A stretch of 52,720 nucleotides of DNA, taken from assembly GCF_001194135.2 (NCBI RefSeq), contig NC_068999.1:5348031-5400750 (forward strand), read 5' to 3'. The notes under the pieces are model-generated. The model ran no database searches and was not told the DNA's origin. It was given only the letters and a program-made list of their open reading frames with translations. This DNA comes from Octopus bimaculoides (Eukaryota). The position numbers and the translations under genes were made by a program. Below are positions 36,780-47,800 of the stretch, in pieces (positions within the stretch are counted from its first letter, which is position 1; the number at the start of each line of letters is the position of its first letter).

Positions 36780-37315
36780 GTATGTGGAATGAAAACCATA
36801 ATTTCTGTTGAATAAGTTCTAATACAGATACCATCCTTGATGTGCAGGTAAGAAGTTTGATTCCAAACGACATGGTTTAGAGGAGAAGCTGTCCAAAATG
36901 TAGAAGAGTTTTAAGACAGAAGATCTGATCCCAAATATTGTCTTTTTGAATATGTTGCTCTCTCTTAGACTTAGGAATTCCAAGAGACCATTATTTAGCT
37001 GATATATTGTAACTGAGACATATTCCTAGATAAAGAGGAAATGAGTTTTCTTTAAGTTTAGAAAAGAATGGTTTCTGAAGGTTATAGTGTGTGGGTGCTG
37101 TAAAGGTAGTAGTAGTTAGTGGTTAGTTTACATTGTATTGTTATGACTCCTGTTGTGTTACAGTGTGTAACACTGGGCAGTGATGTGTGTGTGTGTGTGG
37201 TGAAACAATGTAGAAGATAGTCTTATGGACTTATCAGTCTATTCTATGCCATTTTGACTGAATTGTCAGTGAGGTTATACTTTGCTGATGATGCAAAAAT
37301 AAGGCAGAAACACGT

Positions 37316-37541
37316 CTAGCCCCATAGAATTTAAACTGGCCATATCTGGCCAAAATATTTTACCTGTTTTATCTTCATAACAGCTAGATCCAGCCTCTCA
37401 CACCTAGCCTACAATGTCATTCTAAAAATATAGTCACATCGTTGAAATGTTGAAGCTACAAGACAAAGCATGATTAATTCAAAATAATGTGAATAAATAA
37501 GGATTACCTTTGACAGAATAATCTGAATGCTAAAGGGCTAG
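37316..37541 (+). mobile_element. piggyBac-like MITE family 2 flanked by CTAG
   Basis: CTAG-CCC...aatgctaaaGGG-CTAG; internal homology to 41766-41993. Confidence 0.7.
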
Positions 37542-37720
37542 GGGTGTCTTTCCTGTAGAGGATCTGAGCACAATGTGGCCCTCAGTCCATGCATGTTCTA
37601 CTTTAGTTAACTTCAGTGCTTGTAATGTCATTACAAGAACAACAACAACAGAAAAAAAGAAAGAAAATAGTTAAATATTTTCATTGGTGTTTGTTTTTTT
37701 TTTTTCTGGTTAATTTACAG

Positions 37721-37840
37721 ATGGAAAAGTTGAAAGAAGAGAAACTAGCCATGGAGAAGAAAATGAAGGTTTCTTATGAAAAGCTGTGTCGAGTTGAGAA
37801 CCAAAATATCGAGTCTGGAATACTTTCCACAAATTATGCA
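37721..37840 (+). CDS. GCC2: GCC2 exon, 120 nt: MEKLKEEKLAMEKKMKVSYEKLCRVENQNIESGILSTNYA
   Basis: tttacag acceptor, GCA|gtaagt donor. Confidence 0.88.
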
Positions 37841-37876
37841 GTAAGTTTCTGTGTTTAGCAACATAGTATATTGTTT

Positions 37877-37907
<31 letters not shown>

Positions 37908-38204
37908 TTTTATCTCTTGTGATGCAACAGGTGACCTCGGAAGTACATAGTTGCTGGCCCTCGATTTAAACATGGGTTTTGTCGTTTCACAAACTGCAAG
38001 AGGTCCTCCCTAATGCCAGTAGCATGCAATAAGCACAACTACATGCTATAAAGTGTTTGGTGTTAGGAAAGGCATCCAGTCATTGAAATCCTGCCAGAGC
38101 AGACCCTGGGGCACAAAGCAGTCCTTGGACCCATCAGATTCTGTCAAACTGTCCAACCCATTCCAGGATGGAACACAGATGTTCGGTGATGATGATGATA
38201 TTTC

Positions 38205-38455
38205 AGTTCACTTCATATTCTTGCTTGATGAGGCTGGGGTCATCTCAAGTTAGTGGTCCCAAAAATGTCACCATGTCCACCAATGCTCTCTGTTGGCGAC
38301 CCCATGCTGTTGAGCTTCTGGAGATCTTCTTCAATCACTCCCAGCAATCTAGTGTGGGACCTGCCATGAGGCCTCTTCCAGCCCACAACTGCTGTGTCCA
38401 ATGAGAGTAAAGCCCTGGTAGGATGATCTAGCGGGAGACATACCAGCGCATGCGA
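38205..38455 (-). mobile_element. Degenerate RTE-like LINE C-terminal fragment
   Basis: Minus-strand peptides RRMRWY...HPTRALL...GWKRPHGRSHTRLLGVIEEDLQKLN, frameshifted. Confidence 0.55.
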
Positions 38456-38641
38456 CGATGAGGATGATGAGGATGAGGAGGATGAGGATGAAGTTATGAG
38501 GTTTTCTTCTCTTCAGTTTCCTGTTCTTTTCACCGTTTATGGAGGTCAATCAGAAATGTATTTCGGACCCTGAGGTCATTATTTGTCATTAAGTTTCCCA
38601 GGTTTCAAAGTGAAATGAAATTATTATAACTATAGCATAGT

Positions 38642-38935
38642 CGTAGGCGTGGCTGTGTGGTAAGTAGCTTACTTATCAACCACATGGTTCCAGGTTCAGT
38701 CCCACTGCATGGCATCTTGGGCAAGTGTCTTCTAGTATAGCCTTGAGCCGACCAAAGCCTTGTGAGTGGATTTTGTAGATGGAAACTGAAAGAAGGCCGG
38801 TGTGTATATGTATATATATATATATAATATGTATGTGTGTATGTTTGTGTGCTTGTGTTTGTCCTGTCACTATCGCTTGACAATTGATGTTGGTGTATTT
38901 ACAACCCCGTAACTTAGCGGTTCGACGAAGAGGCC
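38642..38935 (+). mobile_element. SINE family B
   Basis: gcgtggctgtgtggtaagtagcttac...ggttcagtcccactgcatggcatcttgggcaagtg. Confidence 0.8.
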
Positions 38936-39604
38936 AGAAGCTGGTAACTGACTCATCGGACTCCAACGAAAGTTTAAGATCACTCACACCAACATTTTCA
39001 TCCTGCCAAAGTTCATGTCCAGAATTGAACCCATGACATTATAACTGGACTCAATGTCCTAACCACTTGGCCACTTCACACGTGCATGTGTGCACACACA
39101 CGCACTCACACACACACACACACATTAATTGCAGAGTTTGTGATTTAGATATTGTTTTCTTGTTTCCATAGGTTGAACATAGTTCCAAGGTAATTAGGGC
39201 GATTATTTTTCTACCTTTTGGCTTTTTTTTTTCTAACAATGTGGGCTATAATAATACAATGTCATCGTCTTGGTTCTTTTGCTTTGGGTTTCATTAAACT
39301 CATTGTGGTGGTCTTTGGATGGCACATTCCATAAAGACTGCCAGATTTTTATCTGTTTTGCTTTGCGTCTTAGTAACATACCTCTGTTTGTCTGTCTCTC
39401 TTTCTCTCTCTGTCTCTGCCCCCTCCTTCTGTATTTATATGTCTCTCTATAACACTCTGTCCGTCTCTTTCTATCTCTCTCTCTGTTTCTTAGTCTCTCT
39501 ATCTCTCTTTACATTCATTTATCTGTCCATCTGTCTCTGCCTGTCACTCTCTTTCAATCTGACTGTGTCTGCACACAGGAGCTCATCCAACAACTGATGA
39601 ACAG

Positions 39605-39889
39605 GGCCTTGGGTTTAATCCAGAAGGCTATGTGAAGCTGCTAGAGACTGCAGTCTGACCCTAGAGCAACCCTGGCTGGAGATGGTCGCTGCAGGAAGGC
39701 CATATGTGTGGCAGCAGGATTCACCTCTTTGCCATACCGCCAAAAAGAACCAGAAATGGTTGTCAGAAAATTTCTATGGTGAGCAAGATGGAGGTGTTTG
39801 AAGATCCGAGACAGTGAGGAATGCATTTTCCAGGTTCTGGGGCTGTCTTTGAGGCAGTGGTGGAAGCTGAGTGCAGCTCCTTTGAATAG
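39605..39889 (+). pseudogene. Tc1/mariner-superfamily (maT/DD37D-like) transposase relic with internal deletion
   Basis: Frameshifted FNPEGYVKLLETAV / WLEMVAAGRPYVWQQDSPLCHTAKKNQKWLSENF / NAFSRFWGCL-EAVVEAECSSFE*. Confidence 0.78.
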
Positions 39890-40681
39890 ACTGTTATCTC
39901 CCAGCCATAATTCAGTTTTGATAGTTTTTGACTTCATTTTTGAATGGGATATTGTTTTTTTTCTTTTTAATCTTTCATGCAAACTGTCAAAGTTGGTCCA
40001 AACACCTTGTCTACCAAACTATTTTTTGTTGAGGTATGTCATGCTTGAAACTACGTTTAGTTGAGACATGTCAAGTTTATTGAAGCAATGTGACTTGCAG
40101 AAAGTGCCAATTCTGTTTTGGTAGTTTTTATTCTTAACATCATTACTGGAATAATCCTAAAATTTAATTTCACAGTTAAATGGTTAAGAATTTGGAAGGA
40201 GATAGGAAGCAATCAATTTTCTCCTTATTAATCTGGTGTTTGGAACTTAATTTTGAAATGGTCTTACATAAAATCATAATAGGAAATATTTATTACAAAT
40301 ATTGTCTCCCTCTCATTATACCCTCTCATCATTGTCTCTCTTTCTCTCTCATCAGACCCTGCCATTACCGTTTCTTCCCTTTTTCTTTCTAGCCCTATCT
40401 CCCTTTACTTCTGCCTGTTTGCTTCAAACTCTAATTTCTCTCTTTCGCCTGACTTCATCTTCTGCTGTTGCTTTCTGCTGTTGCATATTTGTAATCTCCG
40501 ACATCTAAAACCTAGGAATCCAAAGAAATTTTTTCAAAAAAATGCATTTTTGAAGATGAGGCGCGAAACTGCATTGGCCCCACAAATTATCCACAGAAAT
40601 TAGAAGCAGCACAAGCTCCCATGTAAATGTTCTGAGAATAAAAGCAATGTTGACCTTTTTTTTTTGTGATTATCTTTTCAG

Positions 40682-40870
40682 TGTCTGCAGCAAGAATATG
40701 ACAAGTTGCATGACAATTGGGAAGATGAGAAGGAAAAATGTCAGAAACTTGAGAAGGACTTGCAGCAGACCGTGTCCGAGCTGACGGATCTCAAATTGAA
40801 GCATATCAGCTTGAAAGAGGACAAGGATAAGGTCAACCAGCAGTTGGAGGCCATGTTGGCTGAGAATAAG
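40682..40870 (+). CDS. GCC2: GCC2 exon, 189 nt: CLQQEYDKLHDNWEDEKEKC...QLEAMLAENK
   Basis: ttttcag acceptor, AAG|gtaagg donor. Confidence 0.9.
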
Positions 40871-41425
40871 GTAAGGCATGCAAATAACTTCCAAGTTCTT
40901 CATCATCGTTAGCATCATCATCATCATCATCATAGCCATCAACTTCATCGCTGTTGTCGTCATAGTCATTGTTATTACATCATAACCATCATCATTACCA
41001 TCACCGTAACTATCATTATTGTCATCACTACCACCCCGCCACCACCACCACCACCACCACCTATAATCATGTCCACTGTTGTTGGTGGCGACAGTGGTGG
41101 CACCAGCCCATTGTCACCACCATGACCCATTGTCATCATCATCATATACATTATCCTCCTATCTATGATCATCATTGGCATTGTCATCATTACCACCACC
41201 ACCACCACCACCATAAACACTCATTATTATTACCATCGTTATCTGTAACATCATGTACATCACTGTCTCATTTTTCTTTGTCATTGTCCTGCTGCTCCTC
41301 TTCCTCCTCCTCACTCCTCATCTTCATCATTATCATCACCAATTTGCTGTCTTTTAGACACACATCAAACAGTGTCTGGTCTAATGTATTTTTGCTAAAC
41401 AAACGCCAACATTTTCGTGTTTCAG

Positions 41426-41533
41426 TCTTTAGAAAACCAAATCAGTGAAATAAACTCCAAAGTGAATCTTCTGGAGAAAGACAAAGATTCTCAGAGGATT
41501 CAAAAGGAGGAAATCTTGAAAGAGAAAACTGAG
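41426..41533 (+). CDS. GCC2: GCC2 exon, 108 nt: SLENQISEINSKVNLLEKDKDSQRIQKEEILKEKTE
   Basis: gtttcag acceptor, GAG|gtaatc donor. Confidence 0.88.
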
Positions 41534-41765
41534 GTAATCGATTTATATTTAGCATTAACCTAGTCATTACCTCTTTGTCTCTACATCTGTTTCGCTGGTG
41601 TTTTTTGTTTGTGGTGTCTTCTGTCTTTTGGTTTGTAGTCTTCTTAAGTGTGTTCCTCTTTTTCTCTTTCTGCTCTTGGATTGTCTTTCTTGAAGGAGCC
41701 TTTGTGCTGTCACTTGACCTGCTGGAAATAACAACCAATTTTCCCTCAAATCACATCCTACCATT

Positions 41766-41993
41766 TTAACCATTTAGCATTTAGTCTGGCCGTATCTGGC
41801 CTAAATATTCTACCTGTTTTATGTTAAAACTGATCAGATCCAACATCTCACACCTACCCTACAATGTCATTCTAAAAATATACAAACATGCCATTGAAAT
41901 CTCAAAGCTACGAAATAACGTGTGATTAATTCAAGACAATGTGAATAAATAAATAATACATTTCGTTAGAAAATCTGAATGCTAAAGTGTTAA
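41766..41993 (+). mobile_element. piggyBac-like MITE family 2 with TTAA ends
   Basis: ttaaccatttagcatt ... aatgctaaagtgttaa inverted termini. Confidence 0.75.
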
Positions 41994-42021
41994 ACAATCT
42001 GAGAAAAAGAAAAGATACAAG

Positions 42022-42180
42022 TGCAGGCATGGCTGTATGGTTGAGAAGTTCACTTTGCAGCCTCATGGTTTCAGGTTCAGTCCTACTGCACAGCACCTTG
42101 AGCTAGTGTCTTCTACTACTGTCTTGGGCTGACCAAAGCCTTGTGAGTAAACTTGGTCGAGTGAAACTGTATAGAAGTAT
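42022..42180 (+). mobile_element. SINE family B head
   Basis: gcaggcatggctgtatggttgagaag...ggttcagtcc. Confidence 0.7.
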
Positions 42181-42191
42181 TTTATGGCCTT

Positions 42192-42467
42192 GGAAACCCC
42201 AGCATTTGAATGCAGGAAACCCTGGCATTCGGATGCAGGAAACCCTGACATTTGGATGCAGGGAACCCTGACATTCGGATGCAGGGAACTTCGACATTTG
42301 GATGCAGGAAACCCTGGCATCTGGATGCAGGAAACCCTGGCATCTGGATGCAGGAAACCCTAGCATTTAGATGCAGGAAATCCTGGCATTCGAATGCAGG
42401 AAACTTTAACATTCGGATGCAGGAAACTCCAGCATTTGGATGCGGGAAACCTTGGCATTCGGATGCA
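42192..42467. repeat. 23-bp minisatellite (gcattcggatgcaggaaaccctg), ~12 copies
   Basis: atgcagg at 42210, 42233, 42256 and onward. Confidence 0.95.
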
Positions 42468-42692
42468 GTTTTAATAAAATAAAATATAAAGTGAGATTTC
42501 CGTGAAAGCATATCAGACCATGTGTGACATTGTATTTGGTCCTTATGTCTGGAACAAGGTGTTTAGAATATGTGTGTTGTAAATTGAAGGAAAGGGTGAA
42601 GGGTGTTGCTGTCTCTATCAGAGTCTGTGTTGTTTGCTGTTGTGGTCTGAGATGAAATACTCAGCAAAAAGAACCTGGTTGCTTTTCTCTAG

Positions 42693-42797
42693 ATTGCTGC
42701 CAAAGTCCTGGAACTTGAAAATCAACTAGAAGCTGTTAACGCAGAGAAGTCTAAGTCACTTAACAAACTACAAGAACAATTGCAGACGGCTAAAATA
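42693..42797 (+). CDS. GCC2: GCC2 exon, 105 nt: IAAKVLELENQLEAVNAEKSKSLNKLQEQLQTAKI
   Basis: tctctag acceptor, ATA|gtaagt donor. Confidence 0.88.
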
Positions 42798-42903
42798 GTA
42801 AGTTCTATTATTTTTGTACAGTTTGTATTTTAAAATCTCTGTTTGTATCATCACCACCATCATTATTCTGATGTCCTTTTTTTTTCCATTCTTGCATGGG
42901 TGG

Positions 42904-42980
42904 GTATGTATGTATGTATGTATGTATGTATGTATGTATGTATGTATGTATGTATGTATGTATGTATGTATGTATGTATG

Positions 42981-43010
<30 letters not shown>
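42904..43010. repeat. (TATG)n microsatellite
   Basis: Direct reading. Confidence 0.95.
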
Positions 43011-43011
<1 letters not shown>

Positions 43012-43053
43012 TGTTTCACTGCTAATTTTCGCATTTGTCTGCTACAATTTCAG

Positions 43054-43216
43054 GAAGCTACTCAGAACAGTATGATGGATCTGGAAATTGCAGATTACGA
43101 ACGCACTGTCAAATCTATTCAAGACCAACTTGGTGAAAAGGAGAGCAAAATCACCGAACTCACAAATGATGTCAAACATTGTGAAGAACGCATTAAAACT
43201 CTACAAAAAGAAGTTG
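43054..43216 (+). CDS. GCC2: GCC2 exon, 163 nt, phase 0 to 1: EATQNSMMDLEIADYERTVKSIQDQLGEKESKITELTNDVKHCEERIKTLQKEV
   Basis: tttcag acceptor, G|gttagt donor; conserved MDxEIADYER motif. Confidence 0.93.
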
Positions 43217-43495
43217 GTTAGTTGGTTTTTTTTTAATTAATACTTTCCCAGTAATTCTGCTCTAATGACCTATCTATTCTCATTGACTAATCTTTTTTTA
43301 CTTTGGCCAAATTTTAACATTAATGTTCCACTGTTTGATAAAGGCACCTGTCCTTATTTCTGTATGGAATATCAGGAATGGTAAGGCGTTGGTTCTGTTG
43401 TGCAATTGAGTATCAGAGACCTCTCTGAGGCACTGGTTCTATTATTTTGTGAATTCAACTGGAATAGAATTCATTATTCATTTCTTTGAGTTTAA

Positions 43496-43725
43496 TTAAC
43501 TCTTTCGTTTCCATATTTCTGTTGAGATGCTCTCTGCTTTTTTCAATTAATTTTAATTATGACAAAGAATTTAGTAAAATAGCTTAGTTATCATTCAGCT
43601 AGTGTTAGGAACATAAATTGTGACTAAGGTTTGGTGGAAGATTTTAATTCAGAACTTATGAAAACAAGACATTTGTACTACAGAGCCAGAGGTGCTTTCA
43701 GCCAGGTTGATATCAAAAGGGTTAA
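43496..43725 (+). mobile_element. piggyBac-like MITE family 1 with TTAA ends
   Basis: ttaactctttcg ... caaaagggttaa. Confidence 0.7.
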
Positions 43726-43816
43726 ATAAGTTCTAGACATGTAATAGAGCTGATTGTATACACCTAACTCGTTTCCATGTGTATAGGGAGTTTGTTGTGT
43801 AATTAAAGTAAACCGC

Positions 43817-43854
<38 letters not shown>

Positions 43855-43856
<2 letters not shown>

Positions 43857-44540
43857 GCTCCGTTGGATGTGTAATGTCAATGTGAATACCCGTCAGAGTG
43901 TAAGTATCTTGAGAGAAAAGCTGAACATTAGAAGCATCAGTTGTGGCGTGCAAGAGAGACGATTGCGCTGGTATGGACATGTGGTGAGAATGGATGAGGA
44001 TAGCTGCGTGAAAAAGTGCCACACCCTAACAGTTGAGGGAATCCGTGGAAGAGGTAGGCCCAGGAAGACCTGGGCTGAGGTGGTGAGGCAAGACCTTCGT
44101 ACATTGGGCCTCACCGAGGCGATGACTACTGACCAACACCTTNNNNNNNNNNNNNNNNNNNNNNNNNNNNNNNNNNNNNNNNNNNNNNNNNNNNNNNNNN
44201 NNNNNNNNNNNNNNNNNNNNNNNNNNNNNNNNNNNNNNNNNNNNNNNNNNNNNNNNNNNNNNNNNNNNNNNNNNNNNNNNNNNNNNNNNNNNNNNNNNNN
44301 NNNNNNNTGGCACATAAAAGACACCATTTCGAGCGTGGCCGTTTTCGTGCGGGTGACACGTAAAAGCACCCACTACACTCTCTGAGTGGTTGGCGTTAGG
44401 AAGGGCATCCAGCTGTAGAAACTCTGCCAAATTAGACTGGAGCCTGGTGTTGCCATCCGGTTTCACCAGTCCTCAGTCAAATCGTCCAACCCATGCTAGC
44501 ATGGAAAGCGGACGTTAAACGATGATGATGATGATGATGA
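43855..44540 (+). mobile_element. 5'-truncated RTE-clade LINE (ORF C-terminus plus 3' UTR, (GAT)n tail) inserted at an (ATT)n tract
   Basis: Uninterrupted LRWMCNV...RRLRWYGHVVRMDEDSCVKKC...EGIRGRGRPRKTWAEVVRQDL, typical of RTE C-termini. Confidence 0.9.
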
Positions 44541-44549
44541 TTATTAAAA

Positions 44550-44778
44550 TTTTGAGCTGGCAGAATCAGTAGAACGCTGGGCAAAATGCTTAGTAGTATT
44601 TCTTATGGCTTTTGATTCTGAGTTCAAATTCCACTCAGGTCATCTTTGCTTTCCATTCCTTTGGTGGTGGTGGTGGTGGTGGGTCAATAATATAAATACC
44701 AATTGAGCACTGGGGTCAGTGTAATTGACATCTCCACCCATCAAAATTGCTGGCCTTGTGCCAAAATAAGAAAGGATT
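44550..44778 (+). mobile_element. SINE family A
   Basis: gagctggcagaatcagtagaacgctgggc...gagttcaaattcc. Confidence 0.72.
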
Positions 44779-44854
44779 ATTATTATTATTGTTATTGTTA
44801 TTAATATTATCAAGATTTTCTGAAAATTGTCATTGTGTAAAATTTAATTTTTAG

Positions 44855-44955
44855 ATTATGTTGACGAACAGAAAGTGCAAGCTGAAGATCGAAGTCAAAA
44901 ATTAAAACAGCTTCTAATGAAAGCAAAGAAAGATTTGGCAGATTCTAAGAGACTT
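44855..44955 (+). CDS. GCC2: GCC2 exon, 101 nt, phase 1 to 0: (D)YVDEQKVQAEDRSQKLKQLLMKAKKDLADSKRL
   Basis: ttttag acceptor, CTT|gtgagt donor; matches GCC2 KIKQLLVKTKKELADSK. Confidence 0.93.
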
Positions 44956-45017
44956 GTGAGTAATGGTCCTTCTGTCTTCATAACGCAATTCTTAATTTGG
45001 TGTGGGTTTTGGTTGTT

Positions 45018-45690
45018 TTGCAAACCATGTTGTTTTGGGTTCAGTTCCACTGTGCAGCACCTTGAGCAAATGTCTTCTACAATAACCCTTGGTTGACCAA
45101 TGCTTTGTGAGTGAATTTGGTTGATGGAAACTGTAGAGAAGCCCATTGTGTGTGTGTGTATGTGTGTGTGTATGTTTGTACATGGGTGTGTCTTTGTATT
45201 TGTGTTTCTGCATCTTGTCTTTATTTGACACTGTTTGATGACAACTGGTGTTTGTTTGTTTACACCCATATAACTTAGTAGTTTAGTAAAAATAAAGACT
45301 GATTGAGCAAGTACTAGACCAGTGCTACTCAAAGTGGTGGTCCGCGGACCAGTGCCGGTCCATGAGCCATCAGCTGCCGGTACGTGACGAGTTTCCAGAA
45401 AAGAAAGAAACATCATAAAATGCTTCTGTAATATTGTTTTATTTGTTTACAAAATGAATATAAAAAAAAATTGTCAACTTTTATTATATCCATTATATAT
45501 ATTTTGTTTCTGGTATAAATTAATATTGCTAAGAGATATTACCAGTTCCTGGCACATTGGAACCGGTAATATCTCTTAGAATAAGTACTAGGCTTACAAA
45601 GAATAAGTCCTGGGGTTGATTTGTTCGACTAAAGGCAGTGCTCCAGCATGGCTGCAGTCAAATGACTAAAACAAATAAAAGAATTAAAAA
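45018..45690 (+). mobile_element. SINE family B interrupted at ~45320-45578 by a hAT-like fragment
   Basis: SINE body stops at aagtactagac and resumes at gaataagtactaggcttacaaag. Confidence 0.72.
45320..45530 (+). mobile_element. hAT/Charlie-like MITE 5' end
   Basis: cagtgctactcaaagtggtggtccgcggaccagtgccggtcc resembles hAT-Charlie termini; no matching 3' TIR seen. Confidence 0.55.
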
Positions 45691-45805
45691 AAAAGAATAT
45701 TTTTGAATCGAAAACTAAACAAAAACAAAAAACAAAACAAAAACAAAAAAACAAATTGGACAATGATTGATTAAATTTAATATTTTAAAACATTTTCTCT
45801 GTTAG

Positions 45806-45883
45806 GAAAATGAGCAGAAGACATGTGAAGCTCAGTTGAGAGGCCAGCTGGAGCATTTCACGCAACAGATGGAAGAATGCAAG
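45806..45883 (+). CDS. GCC2: GCC2 exon, 78 nt: ENEQKTCEAQLRGQLEHFTQQMEECK
   Basis: ctgttag acceptor, AAG|gtaagt donor. Confidence 0.9.
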
Positions 45884-47011
45884 GTAAGTCTATAGACGCA
45901 TGTGTGCAAGGGAAACGCCCTGAAGAATATTAGTTGAATGTTGAATTTTGTTTATTTAGTTATTTGTGTATTTCTTTAGTTGTCTCTGTTCCTTGTTTGG
46001 TGTCATTTGTTCAAAGAGGTTTTTGTGTGTGTGTGTGTGTGNNNNNNNNNNNNNNNNNNNNNNNNNNNNNNNNNNNNNNNNNNNNNNNNNNNNNNNNNNN
46101 NNNNNNNNNNNNNNNNNNNNNNNNNNNNNNNNNNNNNNNNNNNNNNNNNNNNNNNNNNNNNNNNNNNNNNNNNNNNNNNNNNNNNNNNNNNNNNNNNNNN
46201 NNNNNNNNNNNNNNNNNNNNNNNNNNNNNNNNNNNNNNNNNNNNNNNNNNNNNNNNNNNNNNNNNNNNNNNNNNNNNNNNNNNNNNNNNNNNNNNNNNNN
46301 NNNNNNNNNNNNNNNNNNNNNNNNNNNNNNNNNNNNNNNNNNNNNNNNNNNNNNNNNNNNNNNNNNNNNNNNNNNNNNNNNNNNNNNNNNNNNNNNNNNN
46401 NNNNNNNNNNNNNNNNNNNNNNNNNNNNNNNNNNNNNNNNNNNNNNNNNNNNNNCTTCTTCTTCCTCCTCCTCTCTTCTTCTTCCTCCTCCTCTCTTCTT
46501 CTTCCTCCTCTTTCTCCTCCCCTTCCTCCTCTTCAGGGTAGGCAGTTGGTGACGTTTTTGTAGTAAAACACACAAAAAATAAGCTCAACACAAGCACGTA
46601 ACTGAGTTGGATGCAGATTATTTTGGATGCATTTAATATGTACATTTCAAGTGGTTATGTAGCAACTTACGTAGATGCCACTCTCTCCAGGTGTTACAAG
46701 CAAAATGATAAATTGTTCTGCATTAAGGCATAATACCAAATATATTTGTCTGTCTGTCTGTTTGACCGTCCATCCATTTGTTTGTCTGTTCATCCGTCCA
46801 TCCATCTGTTGGTGCCCTGTGAAAAGCATCCAGTATACTCTGTAAAGTTGTTGCTGTTGGGAAGGGCAGATAGTAGAGCTTGGTATAGTCTTCTGACTTG
46901 CCAGCTCTTGTCAAACTGTCCAACTTAGGTCAACATGGAATGCAGATGCTAAATGATGTTGATGATTGTCATATGTATACATATAACACAGACACACACA
47001 CACACACACAC

Positions 47012-47230
47012 ACGAGGCGCTGCTGGAAAGTTCCTGGCTTTGAGTAAAAGAAAATGCAGGAGGATCAGTTAATTATGATTTTATTCAACATATTCCTTTC
47101 TCAGATTCACACACTTATTGCAGCGGTCCTTCAGTTTTTCTAAGCCCTGTGAAAGAACTTGGAAGGTTGGGTCTCCAACCATGCCTTTTATGATACCCTG
47201 AAAGCCAGGAACTTTTTAGCACCCCCTTGT
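47012..47230. mobile_element. Mariner-like MITE
   Basis: TIRs acgaggcgctgctggaaagttcctggcttt and aaagccaggaactttttagcacccccttgt. Confidence 0.78.
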
Positions 47231-47239
47231 GTGTGTGTT

Positions 47240-47285
<46 letters not shown>

Positions 47286-47346
47286 GCTTCATTGCTATTT
47301 TGACTGATACACTCATTGTATTTTCACATATGTTTCTCCATTCCAG

Positions 47347-47526
47347 CTGCAGATGTCCGAGATGAGTGTTGAGAATCATAGCCTCGAAGAACGGCTGAAA
47401 AGCACAACTGAAGTGCATCAGAGATCGATGAAAATCCAAGAGAAACAAGTTCAATCTCTACAGCAACAGCTGGATGATGTGCAGGCACAACTGAATTCAG
47501 TTCAGAATGACTATGAAGGCTACAAG
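47347..47526 (+). CDS. GCC2: GCC2 exon, 180 nt: LQMSEMSVENHSLEERLKSTTEVHQRSMK...NDYEGYK
   Basis: ttccag acceptor, AAG|gtgaaa donor. Confidence 0.9.
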
Positions 47527-47580
47527 GTGAAATGTCTAATTATTTCTTGTATTATTATTATTATTATTGTTGTTGTTGTT

Positions 47581-47800
47581 ATGGTAGCTTGTTGGCAGAA
47601 TCGTTAGCACACCGGGCAGAATGTCTAATGGTATTTTCTCTGTCTTTATGTTCTGAGTTCAAATTCCGCCAAGGTTGACTTTACCTTTCATCCTTTTGGG
47701 GTCAATAAATTAAGTACCAGTTGTGTACTGGGGTCAATCTGAGTGACTGGCCACCCACTTCCCCAAAATTTCAGGCCTAGTGCCTATCGTAGAAAGGATT
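47581..47800 (+). mobile_element. SINE family A
   Basis: ttggcagaatcgttagcacaccgggc...gagttcaaattccgccaaggttgac. Confidence 0.8.

Noticed and set aside
40969-41448. 159-aa His-rich ORF
   Set aside because: Mixed (CAT)/(CAC) microsatellite in a short GCC2 intron, with no start or splice support
42063-42511. Repetitive ORFs (MPGFPASKC..., MDAGNPDI...)
   Set aside because: Translations of the 23-bp minisatellite; the unit is not a multiple of 3, so frames cycle
45905-45950. ctgaaga-atatt-agttg-aatgt-tgaat as a third hammerhead motif
   Set aside because: Lacks GAAA and the cleavage triplet; consistent with chance in AT-rich sequence
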